Shown piece by piece: positions 1 through 9,609 of a DNA stretch of 64,000 nt. The position numbers were made by a program, and so were the translations under genes. Source of the DNA: Bacteroidota bacterium (GTDB lineage: Bacteria > Bacteroidota > Bacteroidia > Chitinophagales > Chitinophagaceae); the NCBI GenBank assembly GCA_039805185.1, contig JBDLUU010000081.1:11766-75765 (forward strand). Reading direction: 5' to 3'. Numbering within the stretch: the first letter of the stretch is position 1; each line of letters begins with the position of its first letter. The notes under the pieces are model-generated. The model searched no databases and was not told the origin of the DNA. It was given only the letters and a program-made list of their open reading frames with translations.

Positions 1-2
1 CC

Positions 3-824
3 GACAGCGGATCTACCAAATGTGAATGGTGTTTACTGGAAAACGGCAAGAAAAAAACAGTTTTGACCCCTGCCATGAGTCCCTATTTTGTTTCAGGGGA
101 CGAAATGATTCAGATTCTGAACAAACAACTCATGCCCAAAATAAAGAACACAAAAGTTGATGAACTACATTTCTATGGTACCGGATTGGGCAATCCTGCC
201 AATGTGATTATTATGAAAAAAGTGTTCAAACAACTTTTTCCAAAAACAAAAACCGAAATCAATACCGATTTACTGGGAATTGCCAGGGCTTCCTGTGGAA
301 AGAAAAAAGGAATTGCCTGCATTTTAGGAACCGGATCCAATGCCTGTTTTTACAATGGCAAAAAAATCGTGAACATCAGTCCGGGGCTGGGTTATGTGTT
401 GGGAGATGAGGGGTCTGGAGCTTATCTGGGTAAAAAAGTGATTCAATACTACCTGTATAAAACCTTTGACGAAGACCTGATGAATCGCTTTGAAAAAAAG
501 TATGGAGAAACCCATGCAAGCATTTTGGAAAACGTCTATAAAAAACCTTTAGCCAATCGCTATCTGGCCAATTTTGCCCTTTTCCTTGCAGAAAACAGAG
601 GGCATTTCATGATTGAAAATATTATTGAAGACGGACTGAACGACTTCTTCTTTACACACTTATATAAATTCAAGGAAAGCTGGACCCTGCCTATTCACTT
701 TGTGGGAAGCGTTGGATTTGGTTTAAGAGATGTTTTAAAGGAACTTTGTAACAGTTACGAACTGGAATTAGGAAAAGTATTAAAGACACCAATGCCTGGA
801 TTAGTGGCATATCATAATCAATAA
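3..824 (+). CDS. BadF/BadG/BcrA/BcrD-family amino-sugar kinase (GlcNAc/MurNAc kinase, MurK-like), 5'-truncated by window edge
   Basis: Frame is open from nt 3 (DSGSTKCEW, the N-terminal phosphate-binding motif); ILGTGSN and LGDEGSG motifs; directly upstream of murQ. Confidence 0.85.
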   Translation, partial: DSGSTKCEWCLLENGKKKTVLTPAMSPYFVSGDEMIQILNKQLMPKIKNTKVDELHFYGTGLGNPANVIIMKKVFKQLFPKTKTEINTDLLGIARASCGKKKGIACILGTGSNACFYNGKKIVNISPGLGYVLGDEGSGAYLGKKVIQYYLYKTFDEDLMNRFEKKYGETHASILENVYKKPLANRYLANFALFLAENRGHFMIENIIEDGLNDFFFTHLYKFKESWTLPIHFVGSVGFGLRDVLKELCNSYELELGKVLKTPMPGLVAYHNQ

Positions 825-827
825 AAG

Positions 828-1649
828 ATGGGGAATTTTGTAAAAGTTACCGAGCAGTCATCCAGATACAACCATCTGGAGAAAATGAGTATTCAGGAGA
901 TTTTAACCAATATCAATAAGGAAGACAAAACCGTACCGGATGCAGTTGAAAAAGCCATTCCTCAGATTGAAAAACTGGTAGCGGCGATCTCAGACAAAAT
1001 GCTGCAGGGTGGTCGCCTCTTTTATATGGGTGCAGGCACCAGCGGTCGACTGGGTATTTTAGATGCAAGTGAATGTCCGCCTACTTATGGGGTACCCCAT
1101 GGTTTGGTCATTGGTCTGATTGCCGGAGGGGAAAAAGCCATCACACAGGCGGTGGAATTTGCAGAAGACAGCGCAGACGAAGGTTGGAGCGATTTACAAA
1201 AACATTATATCAACGATAAAGACGTTGTGATAGGACTGGCTGCCAGCGGCACCACCCCTTATGTAATTGGCGCTTTGAAAGAATGCCGGAAAAGAGGAAT
1301 CATTACAGGCAGTATCAGTTGTAATCCCAACTCGCCGGTTTCAGAAGCAGCCGACTTCCCTGTAGAAGTAATAGTAGGTCCTGAATTTGTTACCGGTAGT
1401 ACCCGCATGAAAAGTGGCACCGCACAAAAACTGGTGCTGAACATGATTTCTACAGCGGTTATGATTCAGTTAGGTCGTGTAGAAGACAACAAAATGGTCA
1501 ATATGCAGTTAAGCAATATCAAACTGGTTGACCGTGGTGTTAAAATGCTGATGGACAACCTGGGATTGAATGATTATGAAAAAGCAAAAGACCTCCTGCT
1601 TAAATACGGCAGTGTAAAAAAAGCGGTTGAGTCTTTTGAGAGTGAATAA
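828..1649 (+). CDS. murQ: N-acetylmuramic acid 6-phosphate etherase
   Basis: SIS fold motifs GAGTSGRLG, DASECPPTYG, GPEFVTGSTRMKSGTAQK. Confidence 0.95.
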   Translation: MGNFVKVTEQSSRYNHLEKMSIQEILTNINKEDKTVPDAVEKAIPQIEKLVAAISDKMLQGGRLFYMGAGTSGRLGILDASECPPTYGVPHGLVIGLIAGGEKAITQAVEFAEDSADEGWSDLQKHYINDKDVVIGLAASGTTPYVIGALKECRKRGIITGSISCNPNSPVSEAADFPVEVIVGPEFVTGSTRMKSGTAQKLVLNMISTAVMIQLGRVEDNKMVNMQLSNIKLVDRGVKMLMDNLGLNDYEKAKDLLLKYGSVKKAVESFESE

Positions 1650-1652
1650 CCT

Positions 1653-2219
1653 ATGCATGATATAGAACCTTTTTTCAACTGGCGTCATATTTATATTGCC
1701 GAAGAAGACAAACGTTCCCCATTCTTTGGCCGCACTTATTCTGAGTTTGAATTTTCGCAAACGGTTTACAATTATTTTATTCATCCGCAGTGGGATGAAT
1801 TTGGCAGCAGGACCCTGTACCTGAAAATCATTTATGTGGATTATGAATTGCATTTTACCATCATTGAAATGATTGGGGAATGGAATGATGCCATAGAAAA
1901 TGATATCATGGAACTGAAAAGGGAAATCATTGATTTACTGGAAAAAGAAGGCATATACAAATACATCCTTATAACCGAAAATGTGCTTAACTTTCATAGC
2001 AGCGACAAGGAATATTACCAGGAATGGTTTGAAGAAGTAACAGATGAAAACGGATGGATTGTAGCATTGAACATGCCACTGGCCACCCAACAGGATTTTA
2101 AAGGGAAGAAGTTGCATTATTATATTGAATTGATGGAGCTTCCCGACTGGAGAATTTACAAGCCCTATCATCTTTTCAAAAAAATTGACGACGAGCTTTC
2201 AAAACGCATTACACTATGA
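1653..2219 (+). CDS. Conserved hypothetical protein
   Basis: 188-aa ORF, 3 nt after murQ stop, normal composition; no family recognised. Confidence 0.75.
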   Translation: MHDIEPFFNWRHIYIAEEDKRSPFFGRTYSEFEFSQTVYNYFIHPQWDEFGSRTLYLKIIYVDYELHFTIIEMIGEWNDAIENDIMELKREIIDLLEKEGIYKYILITENVLNFHSSDKEYYQEWFEEVTDENGWIVALNMPLATQQDFKGKKLHYYIELMELPDWRIYKPYHLFKKIDDELSKRITL

Positions 2220-2566
2220 ACCAGGAAATCATTCACCTTTAAGACGAGTACAGGCACAAGCCATTGAGCAGACCCGAGTTCTTATCCAGACTGGCATTAC
2301 TAACCGGAGGCATGACTGCCGCATTAAGCAACTTGCCAATGATATAAGTGAATGCAGTCAATTCAAATATCACCACCACCGACAACCCCAACGATGGGAT
2401 TCCGGCATATGAAGCAGCTTTAAAAGCGAGCAATATAAAATTCGAACTGTTTATCTATGACAATGTAAACCACGCATTTCATAATGATAGGGCACCCGCA
2501 CGTTACGATGAAGAAGCCGCAAAATTATCCTGAGAAAGAACCCTGGTTTTTTTGCAAAATACCTAA
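2216..2566 (+). pseudogene. Decayed YghX-type dienelactone hydrolase family gene
   Basis: One frame from ATG 2216 reads MNQEIIHL*DEYRHKPLSRPEFLSRL...LPMI*VN...[10 protein letters not shown]...NHAFHND...AKLS*ERTLVF; in-frame stops at 2240, 2345, 2531; catalytic middle of the family missing. Confidence 0.8.
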
Positions 2567-2570
2567 AAGC

Positions 2571-3557
2571 CTAAGCAGCACTGTTGCTGGCTACAGACAC
2601 AAATACAATATCACCGGGATTAAATAAAAAAGAGTGTGCACTCACTTTTAAGATAAACCCATCTACCAGTACTTCGATTGCATAGTAGGCACCGAAGAAT
2701 TGTACTTTTTGTACTACCCCCTCAACCCAATGTGGATGAGAAGGTTTTGAAACACTGATGGCCAGTTGTTCCGGCCTGATCAATGCCCGCTTACCCCTTA
2801 CATCCTCTCCTAACATTTGCACAAACACTTCATGCGTTTTGGTATTGATGAGATTGTACTCACCCATTAAAGCAGCCACATATTCATTTACCGGATGATG
2901 ATAGAGTTGCTTGGGTATTCCCTGCTGCACCAGTTGACCATCCTGCATAATCAGGATGCGATCGGCCCAGGATAACAAATCGGTAGCATCATGGGAAACC
3001 AGTATGCAGGTAACTTTAAGTTTATCGCAAATATCATCAATCACCGAACGAATCAAAGCCTTATGTACCCTGTCCAGATTAGAAAAGGGTTCATCCAGCA
3101 AAAGGAGTTTAGGATAGGATGTTAATTGCTTGGCCAGGGCAATCCTTTGTTTTTCTCCACCAGATAATTCATCGGAACGACGCATCATCAGATGGGCAAT
3201 TCTGCACACTTCAAATATTTGCTGAGCCGACCGATAATCCAACTGATTGGTCATCGAAAGCAACTCATGCACTTTGTAATTATTTCTGAGTTCAAAATGC
3301 TGAGACAGGTAAGCAATCTTGGGATGCCCGGGGAGCAGTTGTTCATCTGGCCCCAGTACACGCATTCCCTCAAAGTACACATTCCCGCCCGTTGGCTGCG
3401 CCAGGCCTGCAATTAATTTCAGCAAGGTAGATTTTCCAGATCCTGTTTCCCCGGCAATTGCTACGCGTTCTCCCTCCTGCATGGTAAAATGCAGGGGATA
3501 CAAGACGGTATTCTCTCCCTCTTGTTTAAATAGTTCCTGTAAGTCTAGAAAAACCAT
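2571..3557 (-). CDS. ABC transporter ATP-binding protein (FbpC/PotA-like)
   Basis: Walker A GETGSGKST, signature LSGGEKQR, Walker B LLLLDEPF, C-terminal TOBE-like region. Confidence 0.9.
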   Translation of the reverse strand: MVFLDLQELFKQEGENTVLYPLHFTMQEGERVAIAGETGSGKSTLLKLIAGLAQPTGGNVYFEGMRVLGPDEQLLPGHPKIAYLSQHFELRNNYKVHELLSMTNQLDYRSAQQIFEVCRIAHLMMRRSDELSGGEKQRIALAKQLTSYPKLLLLDEPFSNLDRVHKALIRSVIDDICDKLKVTCILVSHDATDLLSWADRILIMQDGQLVQQGIPKQLYHHPVNEYVAALMGEYNLINTKTHEVFVQMLGEDVRGKRALIRPEQLAISVSKPSHPHWVEGVVQKVQFFGAYYAIEVLVDGFILKVSAHSFLFNPGDIVFVSVASNSAA

Positions 3558-3601
3558 ATCACAAATTACAAAATTGTACCTTCATTGTCTAATACAATTT
3601 C

Positions 3602-4777
3602 ATGAAAACCGATCAACTACGCAATGAGTTTCTGGTTCGCAAAGACCTGACATTTCTGAACTTCGGATCCTTTGGCGCATGCCCCAGGCCTGTATTTGAG
3701 CGTTACCAGCAATACCAGCTGGAACTGGAACAGGAACCCGTTTTGTTCATCGTGAAAACAGGACTGGAATACCTGCAAAAGTCTAGAGAGGCATTGGCAG
3801 CTTTTGTTAATTGCCATGCAGATGATTTAGTCTATCTGGTAAATCCTTCTCATGCCGTTAATCTGGTTGCCAAAAATTTTCATTTGAAAGCAGGAGACGA
3901 AGTAGTTACCACCAATCTGGAATACGGTGCATGCGACCGAACATGGGAATACTATTGTGCACAGGCAGGTGCCCGTTACAAACGTCAGCCTATTTCACTT
4001 CCCTTAACAACGAAAGAGCAATTCGTTGAAGATTTTTTCAAAGGAGTAACCAATAAAACCCGTTTGATTTTTATCAGTCATATTACCAGCTCTACTAGTT
4101 TACGTTTCCCAATAGAAGCCATTTGTACCAAAGCAAAAGAAATGGGCATTCCTACTTTTATTGATGGTGCTCATGGCCCCGCGCAGGCGCCTATTAATCT
4201 GAATGAATTGGGAGCCGATATGTACACCGGTGCATGTCACAAATGGATGATGACACCAAAAGGGAGTTCCTTTCTGTATGTAAACAAATCCTATCAGCGA
4301 ATGCTGGATCCATTGGTAATAAGCTGGGGATTCAATAGCACAACCCCTTCCCACTCTTCTTTTATAGATTATCACCAAACGCAAGGAACAAGAGATTTCT
4401 CCGCCTTTCTCTGCATACCCAAAGCCATTGAGTTTATGCAGCAATACAATTGGCAAAATGTAGCTAAGGAATGCAGACAATTGGTGCATGACAATGCACA
4501 ACGTTTTTGTGAGTTGGTCAGGAGCCAACCACTGGCACCGGTAAACAAAGATTTTATTCTGCAGTTATTCAGTATTCCTATTCGCACGCAAGAACCAACC
4601 GCTTTAAAAAATGTATTGTTCAATGAATACAAAATTGAAATACCCGTTATGCCTCACGGAGACGAGGTATACCTGAGATATTCAATACAGGCCTTCAATA
4701 CACAGGCCGATTTAGATACCCTGTATCATGCGGTGGAAGACATCATTAAATCCACCGATTTAATACAGGTAGATTAA
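3602..4777 (+). CDS. Class V PLP enzyme (isopenicillin N epimerase / cysteine-conjugate C-S lyase-like)
   Basis: [12 protein letters not shown]-terminus, IDGAHG, GACHKWM PLP-lysine motif. Confidence 0.85.
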   Translation: MKTDQLRNEFLVRKDLTFLNFGSFGACPRPVFERYQQYQLELEQEPVLFIVKTGLEYLQKSREALAAFVNCHADDLVYLVNPSHAVNLVAKNFHLKAGDEVVTTNLEYGACDRTWEYYCAQAGARYKRQPISLPLTTKEQFVEDFFKGVTNKTRLIFISHITSSTSLRFPIEAICTKAKEMGIPTFIDGAHGPAQAPINLNELGADMYTGACHKWMMTPKGSSFLYVNKSYQRMLDPLVISWGFNSTTPSHSSFIDYHQTQGTRDFSAFLCIPKAIEFMQQYNWQNVAKECRQLVHDNAQRFCELVRSQPLAPVNKDFILQLFSIPIRTQEPTALKNVLFNEYKIEIPVMPHGDEVYLRYSIQAFNTQADLDTLYHAVEDIIKSTDLIQVD

Positions 4778-4992
4778 AGGGTACTAATATAGAGATCTTC
4801 GACTTTTTTGCGCGCCCATGGTGTTTTACGCAGAAAAGTCAGCGAAGATTTTATGCTGGGATTGTTTTTAAAACAATTGATATTGATGATTCTGGCAAGA
4901 TCTTCCCAACCAAAATGTTGCACTAAATAAGTTAAGATCCACTCCAGGGTTTTGCCATGCAGTGGATCCTTGGAAACAAAGTTTTCAGACAT
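4774..4992 (-). CDS. DUF2132 / VF530-family small protein
   Basis: DPLHGKTLE...[21 protein letters not shown] pattern. Confidence 0.85.
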   Translation of the reverse strand: MSENFVSKDPLHGKTLEWILTYLVQHFGWEDLARIININCFKNNPSIKSSLTFLRKTPWARKKVEDLYISTL

Positions 4993-5076
4993 ACTGCAAG
5001 TTAATTATAATGTCTGGGAAACAAATACATACTAGTTCAATGGCAGTATTCTAATTTTGACATTTATTTGCGCTCC

Positions 5077-5937
5077 ATGAATTTACAAATTGCTTCTCTG
5101 AATTCCGGCTCTAACGGAAATAGTTATTATATCGGCAACGAAGCAGATGCCGTATTAATTGATGTAGGACTTTCCTTGAAAGAAACCGAACTCAGGATGA
5201 AGCAAATGGATTTATCATTGCAAAAAGTAAGAGCCATTTTTATTTCGCACGAACATACCGATCATGTCAGAGGGCTTTCTACGGTAGCGAATAAATATAA
5301 AATTCCTATTTACATCACTCCGGAAACAGCAAAGGGTGGCCCCAAACTCATCAGGCATTTGTCCAAGAATTTCACAGCCAATCAACCCATCTATATTGGC
5401 CAGCACAAGTCAGCTGACAATCAAATCATGGTTACGCCCTTTCGCAAAGAACATGATGCAGCAGACCCGCATAGTTTTGTTGTAAGTTATCAGGGGATAC
5501 ATGTAGGCGTCATAACTGACATTGGAATTGCCTGTGACCGGGTTTCTCATTATTTTCAACAATGCCATGCCGCTTTTCTGGAATCCAATTACGATGAAGT
5601 AATGCTGCGTAATGGTCGTTATTCTCAGCCTTTGAAAGACAGAATCACCAACGGTCAGGGACATATATCCAACCGACAGGCATTGGACTTATTTAGAAAT
5701 TATCGTCCTAAAAACATGAGCCATTTATTGCTTTCGCATTTGTCAAAAGAAAACAATCATCCGGATCTGGCTTTACAAAACTTTCTACCACACGCAAATA
5801 ACACAGAAGTGTTGATTGCTTCCAGATATGGCCCAAGCCCGGTTATCACAATTAGCCCTGAATCCAGGCATTCACTGGAACTATTAAGAACCATTAACCC
5901 GGCGCCAAAACCAAAGCAGGGCAGTTTGTTTGATTAG
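5077..5937 (+). CDS. Metallo-beta-lactamase fold hydrolase (YycJ/WalJ-like)
   Basis: SGSNGN, HEHTDH (HxHxDH), LESNYD, GHISN, HLSKENN; ATG at 5077 chosen over TTG 5068. Confidence 0.88.
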   Translation: MNLQIASLNSGSNGNSYYIGNEADAVLIDVGLSLKETELRMKQMDLSLQKVRAIFISHEHTDHVRGLSTVANKYKIPIYITPETAKGGPKLIRHLSKNFTANQPIYIGQHKSADNQIMVTPFRKEHDAADPHSFVVSYQGIHVGVITDIGIACDRVSHYFQQCHAAFLESNYDEVMLRNGRYSQPLKDRITNGQGHISNRQALDLFRNYRPKNMSHLLLSHLSKENNHPDLALQNFLPHANNTEVLIASRYGPSPVITISPESRHSLELLRTINPAPKPKQGSLFD

Positions 5938-5970
5938 AATATTCTTACATTTAAGGAACAAATACGAATC

Positions 5971-6682
5971 ATGCAAAAGTTCCTTTTTAGTATTCTCTTT
6001 TTTGCAGCAAGTTTTGTTGCATCCACAGAAACCATGGCGCAGCAAAAAAGCCCCTATACCTTATTTGATGCTAATGGGAAAAAGGTTTCCTATGCAAAAA
6101 TGATTCGCAAATTAAAGGAACTGGATATCGTTTTGTTTGGAGAGTACCATAACAATGCCATTGCTCATTGGCTGCAACTAACAGTAACAAAAGACCTGCA
6201 TACTGAAAGACAATTGGTATTGGGTGCTGAAATGTTTGAAGCAGACAATCAGGAAACTTTGAATCAATATTTGGCAGGCAAACTCTCTGCAAAGGGTTTG
6301 GATTCCAATGCCAGACTCTGGAAAAATTATCCAACAGACTATGCACCACTGGTGAATTATGCAAAGGCAAATGCCATTCCTTTCATTGCTACCAATATTC
6401 CCAGAAAATATGCCCAAGGCGCAAGCCAGCAAAGACGCGACCATGGCGCATTTTATTTTGCAAAATCACATACCTGGTTCTTTGTTTTTACATTATAACG
6501 GGGCCTATCATTCAGACAATTTTGATGGCATCAACTGGTATCTGAAAAAACAGAAACCAAATTTGAAAATCGGCACCATTTATACGGTAAGTCAGGCCAA
6601 TATAAAAAGCCTGCTTGCCGAGAACAAAGGCAAAGCAGACTTTATTATTTGTGTAGATACAGATATGACCAATACCTACTAA
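5971..6682 (+). pseudogene. ChaN-family (heme-uptake/Tiki superfamily) protein split by internal deletion and frameshift
   Basis: Frame 1 gives signal peptide, VLFGEYHNN and GAEMFEADNQ up to IPRKYA; another frame continues ENMPKAQASKDATMA...HYNGAYHS to stop 6682; frames cross at 6404-6414. Confidence 0.75.
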
Positions 6683-7947
6683 GGATATAAAAGATATTTC
6701 TTACGCATGGCTTTGTATTCCGACAAACCGGGTTCCCAGCTGGCATAAATCTCTTCTACTGATTTGCCTTCTGCTACCTGTTTTCTGAATACATCGTTAC
6801 CTATCAACTTGTTGATATCGCCAATCTGGTTGCTTTGAGAACGATCAAAGAACTTATCTTTTTCAGGAAACTTATTGTATAGATCAATCAACCACTGAAT
6901 CTGGATTCTGTTCTTCTTTTTCAATTCAGCAATATCCACTTTACGCAAATCAATTCCATAACATACTTTGTCCATATGGAGGGGGGTCTCCGCCATTCCT
7001 TTAATGGAAACAGGTGTGTAAGAAAAATCATAAATCCCTTTGTACAATGGACTACCAAAAATAGTGAATGGATACTGGGTTCCTCTTCCGTGATTCAACA
7101 CCGTACCTTCAAACAGGCAGGTAGTGGGATACAACATAATGCTTTGTTGCGTATTTAAATTCGGAGATGGTTTAACAGGTAACACATAATCCATATCGTG
7201 TGCATAGTTGGCCACTTTGATTATTTTCAGTTTGGCCTGCATTTTATTTGGCAACCAACCTTCTCCATTAATCATCTGGGCAAACTCTGCAATGGTCATG
7301 CCATGCGCAATCGGAATGGGGAACATTCCAATACCCGATTTGAATTTCATATCCAGAATAGGACCATCCACCAGGTATCCGTTGGGATTGGGTCTGTCTA
7401 AAATCAACAACTCTTTCCCGTTTTCGGCGCATGCTTCCATGATATGGCTGAGCACATTGATATAGGTATAGAAACGACAACCCACATCCTGAATATCAAA
7501 AATCATCAGGTCTACATCGGCCATGTCTTCTTTGGATGGCTTGCGTTTGGGGCCGTAAAGTGATACCACTTTAACGCCTGTAGCCGGATCCACTTCATCG
7601 GCAACTTTAATCCCTGCACTGGCATTTCCTCTGAAACCATGTTCAGGTCCAAACACTTTTACAATATTTACTCCCCGCTTTAACATGCTGTCTACAAAAT
7701 GCTTGTCTCCTACAATGGTAGTTGGATTTGCCAGTAAGGCAACTCTTTTCCCTTTTAAATAAGAGAGGTATGTATCTGTTTGGTCAGCACCGGTTTTAAT
7801 CGGCAGATTTTTCATTGGAGCAGTAACGTGCAATTGACCGCAACGCATGGATTTGCCGGCTGCCCCTTTTTTGTCTCCGTTTTTATCTGCAATAAATGCA
7901 GAACCGAGCAACCCCAATCCAACCAGTATCCCAAAATATTTTTTCAT
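6679..7947 (-). CDS. namZ: Exo-beta-N-acetylmuramidase NamZ family (DUF1343)
   Basis: FGPEHGFRG, DIQDVGCRFYTY, LDRPNP, HGMTIAE, PSPNL, FEGT motifs; signal peptide. Confidence 0.88.
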   Translation of the reverse strand: MKKYFGILVGLGLLGSAFIADKNGDKKGAAGKSMRCGQLHVTAPMKNLPIKTGADQTDTYLSYLKGKRVALLANPTTIVGDKHFVDSMLKRGVNIVKVFGPEHGFRGNASAGIKVADEVDPATGVKVVSLYGPKRKPSKEDMADVDLMIFDIQDVGCRFYTYINVLSHIMEACAENGKELLILDRPNPNGYLVDGPILDMKFKSGIGMFPIPIAHGMTIAEFAQMINGEGWLPNKMQAKLKIIKVANYAHDMDYVLPVKPSPNLNTQQSIMLYPTTCLFEGTVLNHGRGTQYPFTIFGSPLYKGIYDFSYTPVSIKGMAETPLHMDKVCYGIDLRKVDIAELKKKNRIQIQWLIDLYNKFPEKDKFFDRSQSNQIGDINKLIGNDVFRKQVAEGKSVEEIYASWEPGLSEYKAMRKKYLLYP

Positions 7948-7969
7948 AGTATATCTCTATTATCAGAAA

Positions 7970-9541
7970 TTAATTATCATAGCCACCAGCACGCTTGGCT
8001 TTGGTTTGTGTTGGCCAGCTTTGCGGGCCACGGGGACCTGCAGGTAATTCAGCCTTATCCGTTGGCATGCGTTCAGGATCTTCACAAGCCATGTACACTA
8101 GAATAGCCGTTAAAATGGCATTGTGTTTTACATCATCAAAAACAATTTTGTCGTAGGTATCACGATTGGTATGCCAGGTATAGTTACCATAAGACCAACC
8201 CAATGCACCCAAAGAAAAAGCAGGTGCACCCACCGCAATAAAGGAAGCATTGTCTGATCCGCCACCCGCAGGAGAACCCGGGAAACTGGTTTTCACGGTA
8301 TCTCTGATATAGGATGGAGCAGCTGCTAACCAACGGGTGATAAAGTCTTTGGAATATTTAAATCCGGCACCGCCTAAATTAACTACACGACCCGTACCGT
8401 TATCCTGATTGAACAATGCCTGTAAATTCTTAACTATTGCAGGATGGTCTTCCACAAAAGCACGTGAGCCGTTTAAGCCCTGCTCTTCTGATCCCCAGTG
8501 CCCCACAAGGATGGTTCTCTTTGGATTCGGATATACCGCTTTCAGAATGCGCATCGCTTCCATCATTACCAATGTCCCTGTTCCATTATCGGTAGCACCG
8601 GTTCCGCCATCCCAAGAATCAAAATGTGCAGACAACATCACGTATTCATTTGGCTTTTCTGTGCCTTTGATTTCTGCAAGGGTATTGAATGTTGGCACCA
8701 CACCTAACTCTTTAGACTGAGCAAACACATTTAATTTTGGAGCCTGACCCGATTCTGTTAAACGATACAACAAAGCATAGTCTTCCAATGCAATATCCAG
8801 GGTAGGTACTTTCTTGGTATTGGCTGCAAAAATTTTGTTTACGCCAAAACCATTGCTCCACAAACTTCCAATGACACCAACAGCACCTGCATTTTCCAAA
8901 GCCTGTGCCAGTTTAGCTGCACTCAATCCTGTTTTGCTGACGCGCTTTCTCCAAGCTTCAGTTGCTTCAGTTCTTTCTTTGCGGATTTTTTCAATAGAGG
9001 CTTTGGTACCAAATTCATTCCAGTTATAATCGGGTCTTCCGGTTGGTTGCGGCATGGCGATCAAAACATATTTTCCCTTTACATTCGGCAGCCAGGCCTG
9101 AAAGGCAAGAGAGTCAGCCACATCCGCCAGGATAATGGTTTCCGCTGTAACAGGCTTTTTCATAGAAGGACTGAATGCAAGCTGTGTTCCTTCCAGTGAT
9201 TTGGTCCAGGGAGACACCATATCAATATGGGTAATGCCACGATCCCATCCTCTCCAGGTTCCGTAGTTTTCTCTTTTCGCTTCAATACCCCAGTTCTTAT
9301 ACTGTGCTATAGCCCAGTCACTGGCTTGTACCATTTTGGAGGATCCAACCAGTCTGGGTCCAATACCATCCATTAATTCGTGTCCCAGTCTTTTTAACTG
9401 TGAGTTGTCATTGGCCTCTTTTATGATGGCTTCTACCGTTGGGTTCAATTTCTCCTGAGCAAGAACAGGCATTGTAATAAAACCAAGTCCTACCGCCAGC
9501 AGGCCCAGTTTTTTGTGGAATGTTTGAGGTATGTTTTTCAT
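7970..9541 (-). CDS. Secreted M28 family metallopeptidase
   Basis: SAHFDSWD, GATDNGTG, SEEQGLNGS, NQDNG, WHTNRDT; signal peptide from MKNIPQ (9541). Confidence 0.88.
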   Translation of the reverse strand: MKNIPQTFHKKLGLLAVGLGFITMPVLAQEKLNPTVEAIIKEANDNSQLKRLGHELMDGIGPRLVGSSKMVQASDWAIAQYKNWGIEAKRENYGTWRGWDRGITHIDMVSPWTKSLEGTQLAFSPSMKKPVTAETIILADVADSLAFQAWLPNVKGKYVLIAMPQPTGRPDYNWNEFGTKASIEKIRKERTEATEAWRKRVSKTGLSAAKLAQALENAGAVGVIGSLWSNGFGVNKIFAANTKKVPTLDIALEDYALLYRLTESGQAPKLNVFAQSKELGVVPTFNTLAEIKGTEKPNEYVMLSAHFDSWDGGTGATDNGTGTLVMMEAMRILKAVYPNPKRTILVGHWGSEEQGLNGSRAFVEDHPAIVKNLQALFNQDNGTGRVVNLGGAGFKYSKDFITRWLAAAPSYIRDTVKTSFPGSPAGGGSDNASFIAVGAPAFSLGALGWSYGNYTWHTNRDTYDKIVFDDVKHNAILTAILVYMACEDPERMPTDKAELPAGPRGPQSWPTQTKAKRAGGYDN

Positions 9542-9609
9542 AAAGTAATAATACAAAACTTATGCATGTACTTATGCAGTTTTGTTTTTTTGTGATAGAT
9601 GGATGAATA

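Noticed and set aside
9555-9583. Direct repeat CTTATGCA x2 between hutU and the M28 gene as an operator
   Set aside because: Short repeat in AT-rich DNA with no second instance or regulator to support it
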